DNA from: Octopus bimaculoides
Taxonomy: Eukaryota
Assembly (NCBI RefSeq): GCF_001194135.2
Contig: NC_068982.1
Location: 118,755,429-118,793,366 of the forward strand
DNA length: 37,938 nt
Direction of reading: 5' to 3'
A model generated the notes under the pieces. It had not been told where the DNA came from. It ran no database searches and saw only the letters and a list, made by a program, of their open reading frames with translations. The position numbers were made by a program, and so were the translations under genes. Below are positions 13,268 through 24,232 of this stretch, piece after piece; positions within the stretch are counted from its first letter, which is position 1; every line of letters begins with the position of its first letter.

Positions 13268-14007
13268 CAATTAAATACATAAATAAATGAAAAACTAATC
13301 TTCGATTGGTAGATCACAATACTATTTTATTTATGTTAATGCACGATTGTTACTACGTAGATTTTGTAACCATTTTGTAGTTGATTTTCATATTACCGTC
13401 GGATGTTAACGTAGCTTACGATTTGATTTGTAAGGTAGTATGGAGTAGCGGACATAGAATGAATACTACTACACAAAGATACTTAGGAAATATATTTAAC
13501 TGTTGAATATATAGAGAGCACATAGCACTGGATGTATATGTGTGTATATGTGTGTAGTGTGTGTAGTGTGTGCGTGTGCAGTGTTTGAAGTGGTGCACAG
13601 ATATTGCTATTTCTTTAAAAGATGGGGAAAGAGAGAAAGAAAAACAAAGGCGGGAGAGAAAAAATAGACACAGAGGTTCCGGGACAATAAAGAAAGAGGG
13701 GAAAATAATAAACGATGAGGAAATGATAGCTAGCTAGATAGATAAATAGCTAGATAGATAGATCAATCTGTCGATTTTCTCCACGTTTTCACTTTTCTTT
13801 CTCTCTTTCCCCCTTCGTCCCAAGAAGCAAAAATATTTTTTCTCTTCTAAACAAAGCAAAAGACATCCGATTGATATAAATGAACAACAAAAGTTCTGTT
13901 TTTATCATTTTGATTTTGTTTTGACGCGGATGAAAGAGCTAATACAAAATTATCTAAAATTCTAACTGCCTCCTTTTTCTCAATATATATATATATATAT
14001 ATATATA

Positions 14008-14094
14008 NNNNNNNNNNNNNNNNNNNNNNNNNNNNNNNNNNNNNNNNNNNNNNNNNNNNNNNNNNNNNNNNNNNNNNNNNNNNNNNNNNNNNNN
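14008..14094. other. Assembly gap flanked by (AT)n
   Basis: N run. Confidence 1.
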
Positions 14095-15049
14095 ATAAAT
14101 GAATGTATGTATGTACGTATGTATGTATCATTCAACTACGGTAGTAGATCTCAATAACTTTTTTTTTTTTAAAAGAAAAAAAAAAATTTTTTTTACCTTC
14201 AGTGACGGAAGAAAGCATGAAGACTTTCATAGTTTTGATCCCATGCAACAGATTTTGTATAAAATAGTTTGAGCTAAAATATCATGAAAATATATATAAC
14301 TAATGCAAAATTTGAGATTTAAGTATAATTAAAATTTAAATATTAAGAATTGTTAGATTTTAATTTACAAAGTAAAATTATCATTCAAAAATGTGCCATC
14401 ATTTTGTTAAAATATTGACACTAAAATACTTTAAAAATGAGAGCTTAGAAGTGACAGTATAGCTAATGATTTATGTAAAGTAGAACAGTATATATGGAAG
14501 GTAAATTCTTGATGTAAAAAATAGGCATTGGGTCAAGACTAAAAATGTGAAGACTTGAAAATGATTTAAGCAATAACTCAAAACATTTTACTGTAAAGTT
14601 GTTGTTATAGGTAGATTTTAGTGTAACATATAAGTAATTTTTGTATTATACTATTTATTGTACTAACTAATTATGTACTACTATTATTTTTATAACCTAT
14701 TTTAAAATTTCCGATTATTAATTAATAATTTAAAACATGAATTTGTTTAAAGTGCAAAAGATATTCTAATTGAGTTATTTTTTTTTATAGAAGTAACAAG
14801 TAATAACAAATAAAAATAATGACTTGTAATAACATTTTTAGTTTCTTCAGAAGCTAATATGTTTTAAATCTAAATATTTTATATGAAATTTTATCCTTTG
14901 CTGTAATATTTTAATTAAAAAATATCTTGCTCTCTACTTTACCTGACAATACATGTTCAGGACAGTAATAACTTGTCCTGTACTTTTCCAAGTTTCTAAT
15001 CTTAAGAATATTATTTCTCTTGCTCGCATTTTTCCATGCAATACATATA

Positions 15050-15920
15050 CAGGGTGGGTGACAATTAAGCAAATAATAAAAGTTGTTAATGAAATCAATA
15101 TTCCTTTTACAAATTTATTGAAATCAACGATACATGTTCTTTACTACATGAGAAAATGAAGGTAAATCTTCATATTTCAACGTAACCAACGGTGGCGGCA
15201 ACCAGGTTCCTCAAACGGTCAGGGATGGAATGAACAACCTTCTGAAGGACGTCGTCTGGGATATCACTGAGAACCTCCTGAATCCGTGTCTTCAAGTCCT
15301 CCAGTGCGTGAGGCTTTATCTTGTACACCTCTTCATTTGTATAACCCCATAGTTAAAAATCACATGGAGTGAGATATTGGCTTCTCGGAGTTCTGGAATT
15401 CTGCGTTCACAGTCTTACGGTTTTAGTTCCTTCACATAATGGGGTTTCCACGGACGAAAATTTAATTCTTTATGCAACACCGTACTTTCATGAGCTGCTT
15501 GACGAGTTGATTTTAGTGGGCTGCAGTTAAACATTTACTGCACCTTTGCAACATTCTTCGCTGATCGGGATGAATTTAAGTGGTCACATCTTGCATAGTT
15601 CACAGAACCCGTGGTCAACAGCTTCGCATGAAAACTTTGTATTGTCTCCGGGAGTAGTGTTGTATGCTTAACTTTCCATGCACGCCATCATCTCTGAACC
15701 AAAAACATCTGAATTCCACACTTCAAAGCGCGCTGCTATTTTAGTTTGCTTCTGAACACTCAAGCGGCCGGCCATCTGGAAAATAAGAAATAAGAAGCAA
15801 AATAATAAAAGCTAAAAAAATACCCATTAGTATTGTCTGTTTAAAAATGTTTTCGTCATGACTTCAGTGATACTAAAAATTCTATAATGTCTAATGCCTA
15901 ATTACTTTCCACCCACTCTC
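15050..15920 (-). mobile_element. Tc1/mariner DNA transposon, internally deleted and non-autonomous
   Basis: Minus-strand N-terminus from ATG at 15775 (MAGRLSVQKQTKIAARFEVWNS). C-terminus PRSQYLTPCDF*LWGYTNEEVYKIKPHALEDLKTRIQEVL..VEI* matches the PRSPDLTPCDFFLWG-type motif. Degenerate TIRs CAGGGTGGGTGAC-AATTAAGCA and rc GAGAGTGGGTGGAAAGTAATTAGGCA, with TA at 15048-49 and 15921-22. Confidence 0.85.
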
Positions 15921-16028
15921 TATATTTGTTTCTTTAAGGTTTTATATCAAAGTTAGATAAGCAAAATTTTAAGCACTATTTGTTAATGAGCATATTTTGT
16001 AAACGTGATATCTGGTGCTATTTTAAAA

Positions 16029-16245
16029 GTGAGCCCATTGCGTGGCACCTTCGGAAAGTGTTTTCTACTACAGCCTTTGGCCGATGTTGCTTTGTTTACG
16101 TCCCCATAACTTTGCAGGGAAAAGAACCGATAGAAAAAGTAGCAGTCTTTAAAAATAACTGCTGGCGTCAATTCATTAGACTAAATTTTTAAGGCGCTGC
16201 CCCAGCATGGCTGCAGTTTAATAACAGTAACAATAAAAGAAAAAA
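16029..16245 (+). mobile_element. SINE family C, degenerate and internally deleted
   Basis: CCCATTGCGTGGCACCT..TTCTACTACAGCCT, GTTTACGTCCCCATAAC and AAGGCGCTGCCCCAGCATGG each align with the reverse complement of 35749-36086. Confidence 0.7.
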
Positions 16246-16356
16246 TCTAAAATATGAGGCAACACTTTGGAAGACCAGTAAAAACACTCTCATACCACTT
16301 TGTATTCCTCGGTGCTTATTCTACAAGTCATTATTCTAATAATCATTGTTATTATT

Positions 16357-16566
16357 AAGGTGGTGAGCTGGCTGAATTATTAGTAAGTCGGGTAAAATGG
16401 ATTCCGTCCGTCATTTTGTTCTGAGTTTAAATTCCACTGAGGTCGACTTCACCTTTAATCCTTTCGCGGGCGATAGCATAAGTTCGAGTTGAACACTGGG
16501 GTCGATGTAATCGACTACTCCCCTCCCCACAAATTTGAGTCATTGTACTTCCAGTAGAAAGGGTTG
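16357..16566 (+). mobile_element. tRNA-derived SINE family B, copy 1 of a tandem cluster
   Basis: AAGGTGGTGAGCTGGC head, CTGAGTTTAAATTCC B box, CTGGGGTCGATGTAATCGACT core. Aligns with copies 2-6. Confidence 0.85.
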
Positions 16567-16583
16567 TCATTATAATTATTAGG

Positions 16584-16783
16584 AAGGCGGCGAATTGGCA
16601 GAATCGTTAGCACGACGGGCGAAATGCTTACCGGTATTTTGTCCGTCTTTACGTTCTGAGTTCAAATTCCTCCGAGGTCGACTTTACCTTTCATCTTTTT
16701 TGGATGAACAAAATAAGCACCAGTTGAGGACTTGGGTCTTGTCCCCTCTCCCTTATATCAAAATTTGTAAACATTATTATTAT
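16584..16783 (+). mobile_element. SINE family B, copy 2
   Basis: A-box-like TGGCAGAATCG (16596-16606), B box GAGTTCAAATTCC (16658-16670), (ATT)n tail. Confidence 0.85.
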
Positions 16784-16787
16784 CGGG

Positions 16788-16918
16788 AAGGCGGTAATGT
16801 GTCAGAGCCGTTAGCACGTCGTGCAAAATGCTTATCACATAGAGCAGTAGGCTCGATGTAATTGACTTACTCTTCCCCACAAACTGCTGGCCATGCGCCA
16901 AAGTTTGGAACTATTATT
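16788..16918 (+). mobile_element. SINE family B, copy 3, internal deletion removing the B box
   Basis: Head through AAATGCTTA joins directly to GAGCAGTAGGCTCGATGTAATTGACT. Confidence 0.75.
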
Positions 16919-16919
16919 T

Positions 16920-17162
16920 AAGGCAGTGAGCTGGAAGAGTCATTAGAACGCCGGAGAAAATGCTTAGTGGAATTTCTTCCGTCTTTACCTTCTAAATTCA
17001 AATTCCGCCGCGGTCGACTATGCCTTTCATTCTTGCAGCGTCAATAAACTAAGTGCCAGTTGCGCACTGCGGTCGATATTATCGACTAGCTTCCTCCCGA
17101 AAATTTCAGGCCATGTGCCTATACTAGAAAGGACGACGACTACTACTACTACTACTACTACT
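16920..17162 (+). mobile_element. SINE family B, copy 4, most complete, (ACT)n tail
   Basis: Full head and body, 3' end AAATTTCAGGCCATGTGCCTATACTAGAAAGG, then (ACT)n at ~17139-17162. Confidence 0.85.
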
Positions 17163-17727
17163 AAAAAAATTTCGATACCATCAATACTACCAAGATACAT
17201 TTGTCAAAGTCGAGCATTACTACTCAGAGAAAGTTTTCAAAGCACATTAGCTTATATAATAACATGTACGGTAGTCAAAAGAAATATTCTATATTCGAAC
17301 AAATTTAACAATTTTTTCAACAGTTTTTCCTTCGATGTCACGTTTAATTGTCTCGCATATTCTCTCACTAGGGACACTTTATGCAAAATATTTCTGTTGC
17401 ATAATCTCAATTGAGTTACTAGACATTGTATCGGAATATAACAGTGGTGATAATTTCACCGCCATAGCAATATCATTTACGAATATTTAATGATAGAAAG
17501 AATGTTCGACTGGTAGTAGTTCAACATTTAGCTGGGTATGTATATATCAATTACACTATCTACAGTGAAAACATGTTTTATATGTTTATCTTCATTGAAG
17601 CGGTGACATAATTCATTCGCTAGATAGAGAATTATGGTTATAATCTACTGGTTTCAGTGCTTATAATGCATGTATGTAGCACTTCTAGTGAAATTACAAT
17701 GGATTCTGAAATTAGTCGGTCAGTTTG

Positions 17728-17802
17728 CAATAAGTGTGCGACGATTCTATCTCAATAAGTGTGCATCTATTCTACCTCAATAAGAGCGCGACTATTATAT
17801 CT
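17728..17802. repeat. 25-bp minisatellite, three diverged copies
   Basis: CAATAAGTGTGCGACGATTCTATCT / CAATAAGTGTGCATCTATTCTACCT / CAATAAGAGCGCGACTATTATATCT. Confidence 0.85.
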
Positions 17803-18525
17803 ATATATAACCTTATATCTAAACTCATACATACTGACATGAGACAAGATACGTTGGATATGTCAAAACATATGCATATATCACGACTTGAATTCATTCA
17901 TTGATGGGTTTGCTTGTTCCGGGAAGCTGTACGAGCTACATGAAATTCATGGTGTAGGGCAAATCATGGATTTACTATAGGTGTGGTTGAAAGAAGCACT
18001 TAAATTACTTTTCTTTTAAAGAAATTGAAAACGTGATGGACGTAATGTAGCAAAAAGCAGTAATATCTCACATCCTTGGCATCATCATCTCAAAATAAGA
18101 TCATCATTATTTTAATAACACCGTCGTATAATTTACCACAGGTGTTGAGAAAATCTACACCACTGTGGATCCCAGTAAAAATAATGAACAGATGACCGAA
18201 GATGAAAAACTAGTCAAAATTGAATATAAAATTGAATATCTGGAGTAGGAGATAAAAGAAAAAAAAACGTGTGAGGGATAAACTTTGCTCAAACATCAAC
18301 ATAGTTAACAAAATATATTAGGGAGAAGAGGAAATTAGAGGATTATAGTAAAAAGCGTACGTGAAGAATTTGAAACAGAATATCTGCAAGTGTACGAAAA
18401 CAGGGTTCCAATTGTATGAATGATAACAAACTGGTTCTGTGTTCAATATTCAAAATATGAAGCGTTTTACCAGTCTGTTTCATAGATTTCCCTCACTCTC
18501 TCTCATATATATATATATATATATA

Positions 18526-19490
18526 NNNNNNNNNNNNNNNNNNNNNNNNNNNNNNNNNNNNNNNNNNNNNNNNNNNNNNNNNNNNNNNNNNNNNNNNNNN
18601 NNNNNNNNNNNNNNNNNNNNNNNNNNNNNNNNNNNNNNNNNNNNNNNNNNNNNNNNNNNNNNNNNNNNNNNNNNNNNNNNNNNNNNNNNNNNNNNNNNNN
18701 NNNNNNNNNNNNNNNNNNNNNNNNNNNNNNNNNNNNNNNNNNNNNNNNNNNNNNNNNNNNNNNNNNNNNNNNNNNNNNNNNNNNNNNNNNNNNNNNNNNN
18801 NNNNNNNNNNNNNNNNNNNNNNNNNNNNNNNNNNNNNNNNNNNNNNNNNNNNNNNNNNNNNNNNNNNNNNNNNNNNNNNNNNNNNNNNNNNNNNNNNNNN
18901 NNNNNNNNNNNNNNNNNNNNNNNNNNNNNNNNNNNNNNNNNNNNNNNNNNNNNNNNNNNNNNNNNNNNNNNNNNNNNNNNNNNNNNNNNNNNNNNNNNNN
19001 NNNNNNNNNNNNNNNNNNNNNNNNNNNNNNNNNNNNNNNNNNNNNNNNNNNNNNNNNNNNNNNNNNNNNNNNNNNNNNNNNNNNNNNNNNNNNNNNNNNN
19101 NNNNNNNNNNNNNNNNNNNNNNNNNNNNNNNNNNNNNNNNNNNNNNNNNNNNNNNNNNNNNNNNNNNNNNNNNNNNNNNNNNNNNNNNNNNNNNNNNNNN
19201 NNNNNNNNNNNNNNNNNNNNNNNNNNNNNNNNNNNNNNNNNNNNNNNNNNNNNNNNNNNNNNNNNNNNNNNNNNNNNNNNNNNNNNNNNNNNNNNNNNNN
19301 NNNNNNNNNNNNNNNNNNNNNNNNNNNNNNNNNNNNNNNNNNNNNNNNNNNNNNNNNNNNNNNNNNNNNNNNNNNNNNNNNNNNNNNNNNNNNNNNNNNN
19401 NNNNNNNNNNNNNNNNNNNNNNNNNNNNNNNNNNNNNNNNNNNNNNNNNNNNNNNNNNNNNNNNNNNNNNNNNNNNNNNNNNNNNNNNNN
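18526..19490. other. Assembly gap (965 N)
   Basis: N run after (AT)n. Source of the 343-354 aa X-filled ORFs. Confidence 1.
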
Positions 19491-19750
19491 AATAGGTAGA
19501 TAGATGTACATATATTATATATATTTATATGTATACATACACACACACAAACGAGCGTCTAGTAACACAATCTGTATCACGTCCTCACGTTGTTTTTTGT
19601 CTTTTTCCTTTTTTGAACTTATATACATACATATACTTACCGTTAACAAAAGTTGGAATGCGTGGTATTCAGTGAATGAAAACTGAATTAAATATTACAA
19701 AACGTGTACGTTTTATAATATTTAATGCATGTTTCATTTATATATACACA

Positions 19751-20417
19751 CAAGGTCTGGTCAATATTTTCCGGATTGTTGTCATAGTATCGAAGCTAAA
19801 ACACGCTGAGTAAAGCTGCTGGGTAAAGTCCGACCTTGGTCACTGCTGTGCATGTGCACTAAGTTTTAACGTTCTAGCTCCACTTCCGCTGATTACAGCA
19901 GTGCTTCGAAGCAACGTGTGTTACGTGTGATCGTCGCATTGACCATGCAAGAGAAAGTTGTCATAGTGATACCTGTTCAGTGGCCTACGCAAAGTTTCAA
20001 AAACTGTATGGATAGGAGTGTATGAGATGCGTATCTGCCAAGTTTGTGCTAAACCTGCTTTCAGATGACCAAAAAAATACTCGAGTTCTAATTGCGCAAA
20101 ATCTCCTTGTTAGTGGCGAGAACGATGAAGACTTTTTCAAAACTTTACGTAGGACTCTGAGCATGTATCGCCACGCTTTTGGCAAAATTTGATGCAGATT
20201 CTCTGCTCAACATTCTCTGTCATGTGCAATTCGGCGAGCAGATGCTATACACATTACTTCAAAGCACTACTGCAAACAGCGGAAGTGAGCTGGAACGTTG
20301 AATCGTAGTGCGCATGCACAGCAGAGATCAAGGTCAACATTTGCCCAGCAGATTTTGTCTGCGTGCTTCAGCTTTGTTACTATAGCAACAGTCCAGAAAC
20401 TTATTGATCAGATCACG
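19751..20417 (+). mobile_element. Mariner deletion derivative with ~170-bp terminal inverted repeats
   Basis: 19751-~19921 and ~20247-20417 are reverse complements at roughly 75-80% identity by manual alignment. Internal frame DTCSVAYAKFQKLYG*ECMRCVSAKFVLNLLSDDQKNTRVLIAQNLL..ENDEDFFKTL resembles a mariner HTH start fused to the WVPxxL-linker region. TA at 20418-19, CA on the left. Confidence 0.85.
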
Positions 20418-20454
20418 TATATATATATATAATATTTGCGTAATATATGTATAT

Positions 20455-20548
20455 AGCAAGAGCAAGAGCAACAGCAGCAGCACTAGCAACAGCAGCAACA
20501 CTATCAGCAGCAGCAGCAGCAGTAATAGTAGAAGTAGTAGTAGTAGTA
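20455..20548. repeat. Degenerate (AGC)n/(AGT)n trinucleotide repeat
   Basis: Read directly. It generates the poly-L/poly-S ORFs. Confidence 0.9.
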
Positions 20549-21313
20549 TTTTCATTCTTTGCGTGTACATTACTGGGGTTATTCACTTTTTGAAGATATT
20601 CAAATATACTTCGCAAAATGTTCATAAGATACACAATTCATACACTGCACTCTAGTTTATATGAAAAATCATAACGTACTGTAGTTACAGAAGCGCGCAA
20701 ACTCGCCACACACACACACACACACAACAGGCACATGCACACATCTGCATTTGTGAATGTGTGCGTGTGTGTTGATCTATATTTAAGTTTGAATAAATTA
20801 CTACCCAATTTTGTGAATGATTAAAATGATGAAATTTGAAAATAAAAAGTTTGTCACGCTCTATTATTATTCTAATTTTAATTATGTATATCTATGCTAT
20901 ATTTACCTTAGATCCAAAGATTCACAACTTCCGTAAGAGAAATTATATTTGGCGGGATGTAATCTTCATATCTCTATGCTATATTGCATATTTTGAAAGG
21001 CAAAATGGCATCATTTGCATATGTTATGCTGATAAAGATCACTGGATGTTTTCGTGAACGTCATTATTTTTACTTTAGCACAAACTTAAAGAATTAGTTA
21101 TACAAATTTTGAATCTTATATGCTGCATATTGCCGAAAATGTGTTTACGTTAATTGGGAGATGGATTTTATAATGCAGCAGTGAAAGCAAAACATTTCCA
21201 GCAGATTCACTACCAAAATACATATGGACAGAATAACATAAAGTAGAACATGTCTTCCTAATTCAACAAGTATCACTTTAAGTTGTACATATAGTTAATA
21301 AGAAATATCATAA

Positions 21314-21498
21314 AAGGTGCGAGCTTTACTGTACCGGGAGAAGTACCTAGCGGCATTTCTTCCGACTTTACGTAGTGCGTTGAAATCCCACCGGGGATGG
21401 CTTTGGTTTTTATCCTTTCGGGGTCAATGAAATAAGTTAAAGTTGAACAGTAAGGGTCGATTAAATCGACTTATCTCTTCCTCCCAAATTTGAAACCA
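21314..21498 (+). mobile_element. SINE family B, copy 5, old and diverged
   Basis: TAGCGGCATTTCTTCCG, ATCCTTTCGGGGTCAATGAAATAAG and GGGTCGATTAAATCGACTT match the family B body. Confidence 0.75.
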
Positions 21499-22036
21499 AT
21501 AATAAATATTATATACTGAAGACGGTCTGCGTATGCACATGCATGTGAACGAAACGATCCAGTTCACGTATATACATGTAGGCGCTACAAATCGGTGTTA
21601 TTCATTATTACAAGCAGTGAAAGCGCTTTTGAATTGAACGTTTCATCAATTAAACATCTCTATGCTGTTATTTGTACTTTAGCACAGGTTGGTCCAGGCG
21701 AACTTAGCCGTAATATGATTAACATTGGATATAAATATAAGTCTTCTAGATCATTGTACTTCGGAAATGATTTCGTTTAGTTGCATTGTATAAAGTAATC
21801 TCTTCCCAATCCAAATCCTTCCCAAAGATTAAATCTTGCCAATCATCTTTACAAATTAATTATTTCGTTAAAAAACAGATATGATATTCAACATCTTTTG
21901 TTCAGACTACTCGCCGGCACTTATAATGGATTAAGTGCGTTTGTACCAATATACATTTGCACAATATTCACGTACCAGTGTATATGTTCGGCAGTCGTTC
22001 TACTAAGGCCCATCGTATAAGTTCGTGCATCTGCAT

Positions 22037-22071
<35 letters not shown>

Positions 22072-22122
22072 ATGTGTGTGTGTGTGCGTGTGTATGTGTG
22101 TGTGTATGTGTANNNNNNNNNN

Positions 22123-22429
22123 GTTGTGAGTGTTTGTTTATTGAGCGAAAACACCTAAAGCTCCACGAGGCTCCGACAGAGGATGGTGGCGAACCCTGCT
22201 CTACTCCTTCATCACAACTTTCTCTCACTCTTTCTTCCTGTTTCTGTTGCACCTGTATTTCAAAGGGCCAGCCTTGTCACACTGTGTCACGCTGAATATC
22301 CCCGAGAACTACGTAAAGAGTACACGTGTCTGTGGAGTGCTCAATCACTTGCACGTTAATTTCACGAGCCGGCTGTTCCGTTGATCAGATCAACTGGAAC
22401 CCTCGACGTCGCAAGCGACAAAGTGCCAA
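22123..22429 (+). mobile_element. SINE family A, second copy, 5' end lost in a gap
   Basis: Closely matches 1355-1583 and extends to the 3' tail CAACTGGAACCCTCGACGTCGCAAGCGACAAAGTGCCAA. Confidence 0.9.
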
Positions 22430-22599
22430 GAATATATATATACATGCATGTATTATGTATGTATGTATGTATATATTTATGTGTGTGTGAGTGTACTCGT
22501 ATATGCACCTAACGTCCGCAGATGCAAACATCAAGTAAGCCAAAAAATATATATATATGCAATTTAAGATATCTAGATGTAGAATAACCAGATTTTCAG

Positions 22600-22700
22600 T
22601 TTCTCCTTTCTGACTACTTTTTGTTTTACTAAATAACAATATCTCACTGTTTTCTTTGCAGGTGAGTACCTTACAATTCTACTAAAAAAATTCGTAAGTA
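22600..22700 (+). other. Juxtaposed 3'/5' splice site (TTTGCAG|GTGAGT), candidate recursive-splicing point
   Basis: No AG from 22600-22659, T/C-rich tract, branch-like TACTAAAT (22627-34) and CTGAC (22610-14), AG at 22660-61, GTGAGT at 22662, second donor GTAAGT at 22694. Motif evidence only. Confidence 0.45.
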
Positions 22701-23112
22701 CAAATATATTTTTGATAATATTTACTTCCATGGAATTCATTTGGAAAACATATGTAATTATCATTCTACACATCCGTTTTAAGTAATGCCCGGAATTATG
22801 TCTTCCAAGAGTAGAAGAAGAAAATATAAATATGTGTGCGTTTGTGTGTGTGTACCAATTTGAGTGGCAAAATACAGAAAATATAGGAGAATATAATTGT
22901 CTAACAGGATGGACATTTCGACTCAAGGCAGAATTAAAAGCATACTTTTATGCAGCTTTATTTGTTTTATCGTTTGTTACATTGTTTATATTTTATTTAC
23001 ATTTTGTCTGAAACATGCATATACATGAGTATCTTTTACAATGGATGCGTACGAACGTAGGTATATATGTACGTATGTATGTATGTGCGTATGTGTGCAT
23101 GTCTCTATTTAT

Positions 23113-23146
<34 letters not shown>

Positions 23147-24166
23147 TGCCCTTGATCAATGTTTTTCGACAATGAAGTTGCAGTTGTTCCATTAACGAAA
23201 GTATCTGCTCCTCAATTAATACTTACATAGTTGAATAGTAACATCGACGTATTTTGTATGCACGAGGCAATACAGTTTATATATACATACAATCAAACCT
23301 ACGGTTTATCTGACAGATTCTATTACATACTTTTAGTCACAATGTTAGTGGACTCAAACGGAGTTAAATCTGAGTCCACTTTAATCACTACCAACCATAT
23401 TCCAATTGCATTCCCTTTTGCCTCGCATGCCATCCACCCCCACTTATTTTTATCTCGCATTCACATCCTCCCCATTGAATTTTATGCTTTCATTACACAT
23501 TTAATGATAACATACGTATAACAACTCCTTCATTCCACAAATATACTTTCCATATTTTCCCACATCCACACTTCTTTGCCTGTTTCAAAATACGCATACA
23601 TTCGTATACGTGCACAGACGTCAAATCCATTTTCCCTCTTTAACGCCCTCTACCCCATAGAGTCACTTTCCTACTTAGCCCCTAAACACCCACTAGAGTG
23701 TTTCTCAATCGTTTTTGGCTTATTCACACACTTTTTTCTTCTTTTCTTCTTCCTTTCTCCTGATGAAGCACTTGTGTACAAAGCACTACCCGCCCACAGA
23801 AACATACATGCATACACATATGCATATATTTGTTTATATGCTAAACGTGAGGGTTACGGGCCTGTCAATTATGTATGTGGTGGAGGGGTCTATGTAGAAA
23901 TTATTTCTTGAAGAATTGTTGAGATAATAATGTGTAGACTTTTTAAACTGAGATGAGATACTCCGATATTTTTTTTGTTTATGGCGAGGATAGGGTTTCT
24001 GTTAGTACTCACTACTAATATGTCATAAGTACTAGTATGTCATAAGTGTCTGTATATTGTATTTTTGTATTTGCTGTCCTTTTGGTTGTAAAATAAACGG
24101 ATTAATCAAAAGAATACAGTGTCTGCAAGTTGCTGGGTACCTCATATTCCCCTCCATTTTCTTATT

Positions 24167-24185
24167 ACTATATATATATATATAT

Positions 24186-24232
<47 letters not shown>

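Noticed and set aside
18130-18250. CAG|GT followed by the frame GVEKIYTTVDPSKNNEQMTEDEKLVKIEYKIEYLE*
   Set aside because: Weak pyrimidine tract, non-consensus donor, a 12-bp tandem duplication and downstream stops. Possibly a TE relic but not assignable.
18439-19546. 343-354 aa ORFs, and similar X-rich ORFs at 10939-11535, 13847-14131, 24032-25028, 25479-26186, 27487-27883 and 33943-34529
   Set aside because: They are open only because N gaps translate as X. The flanks are microsatellites.
21064-21686. 19-bp near-direct repeat TTATTT(T/G)TACTTTAGCACA at 21064 and 21668
   Set aside because: Does not coincide with the SINE boundaries, so it is not a TSD. AT-rich and plausible by chance.
23755-23845. 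CTGATGA...GAAAC, a hammerhead ribozyme-like core of the kind found in Penelope elements
   Set aside because: Stem II does not close and no stem I pairing could be built.
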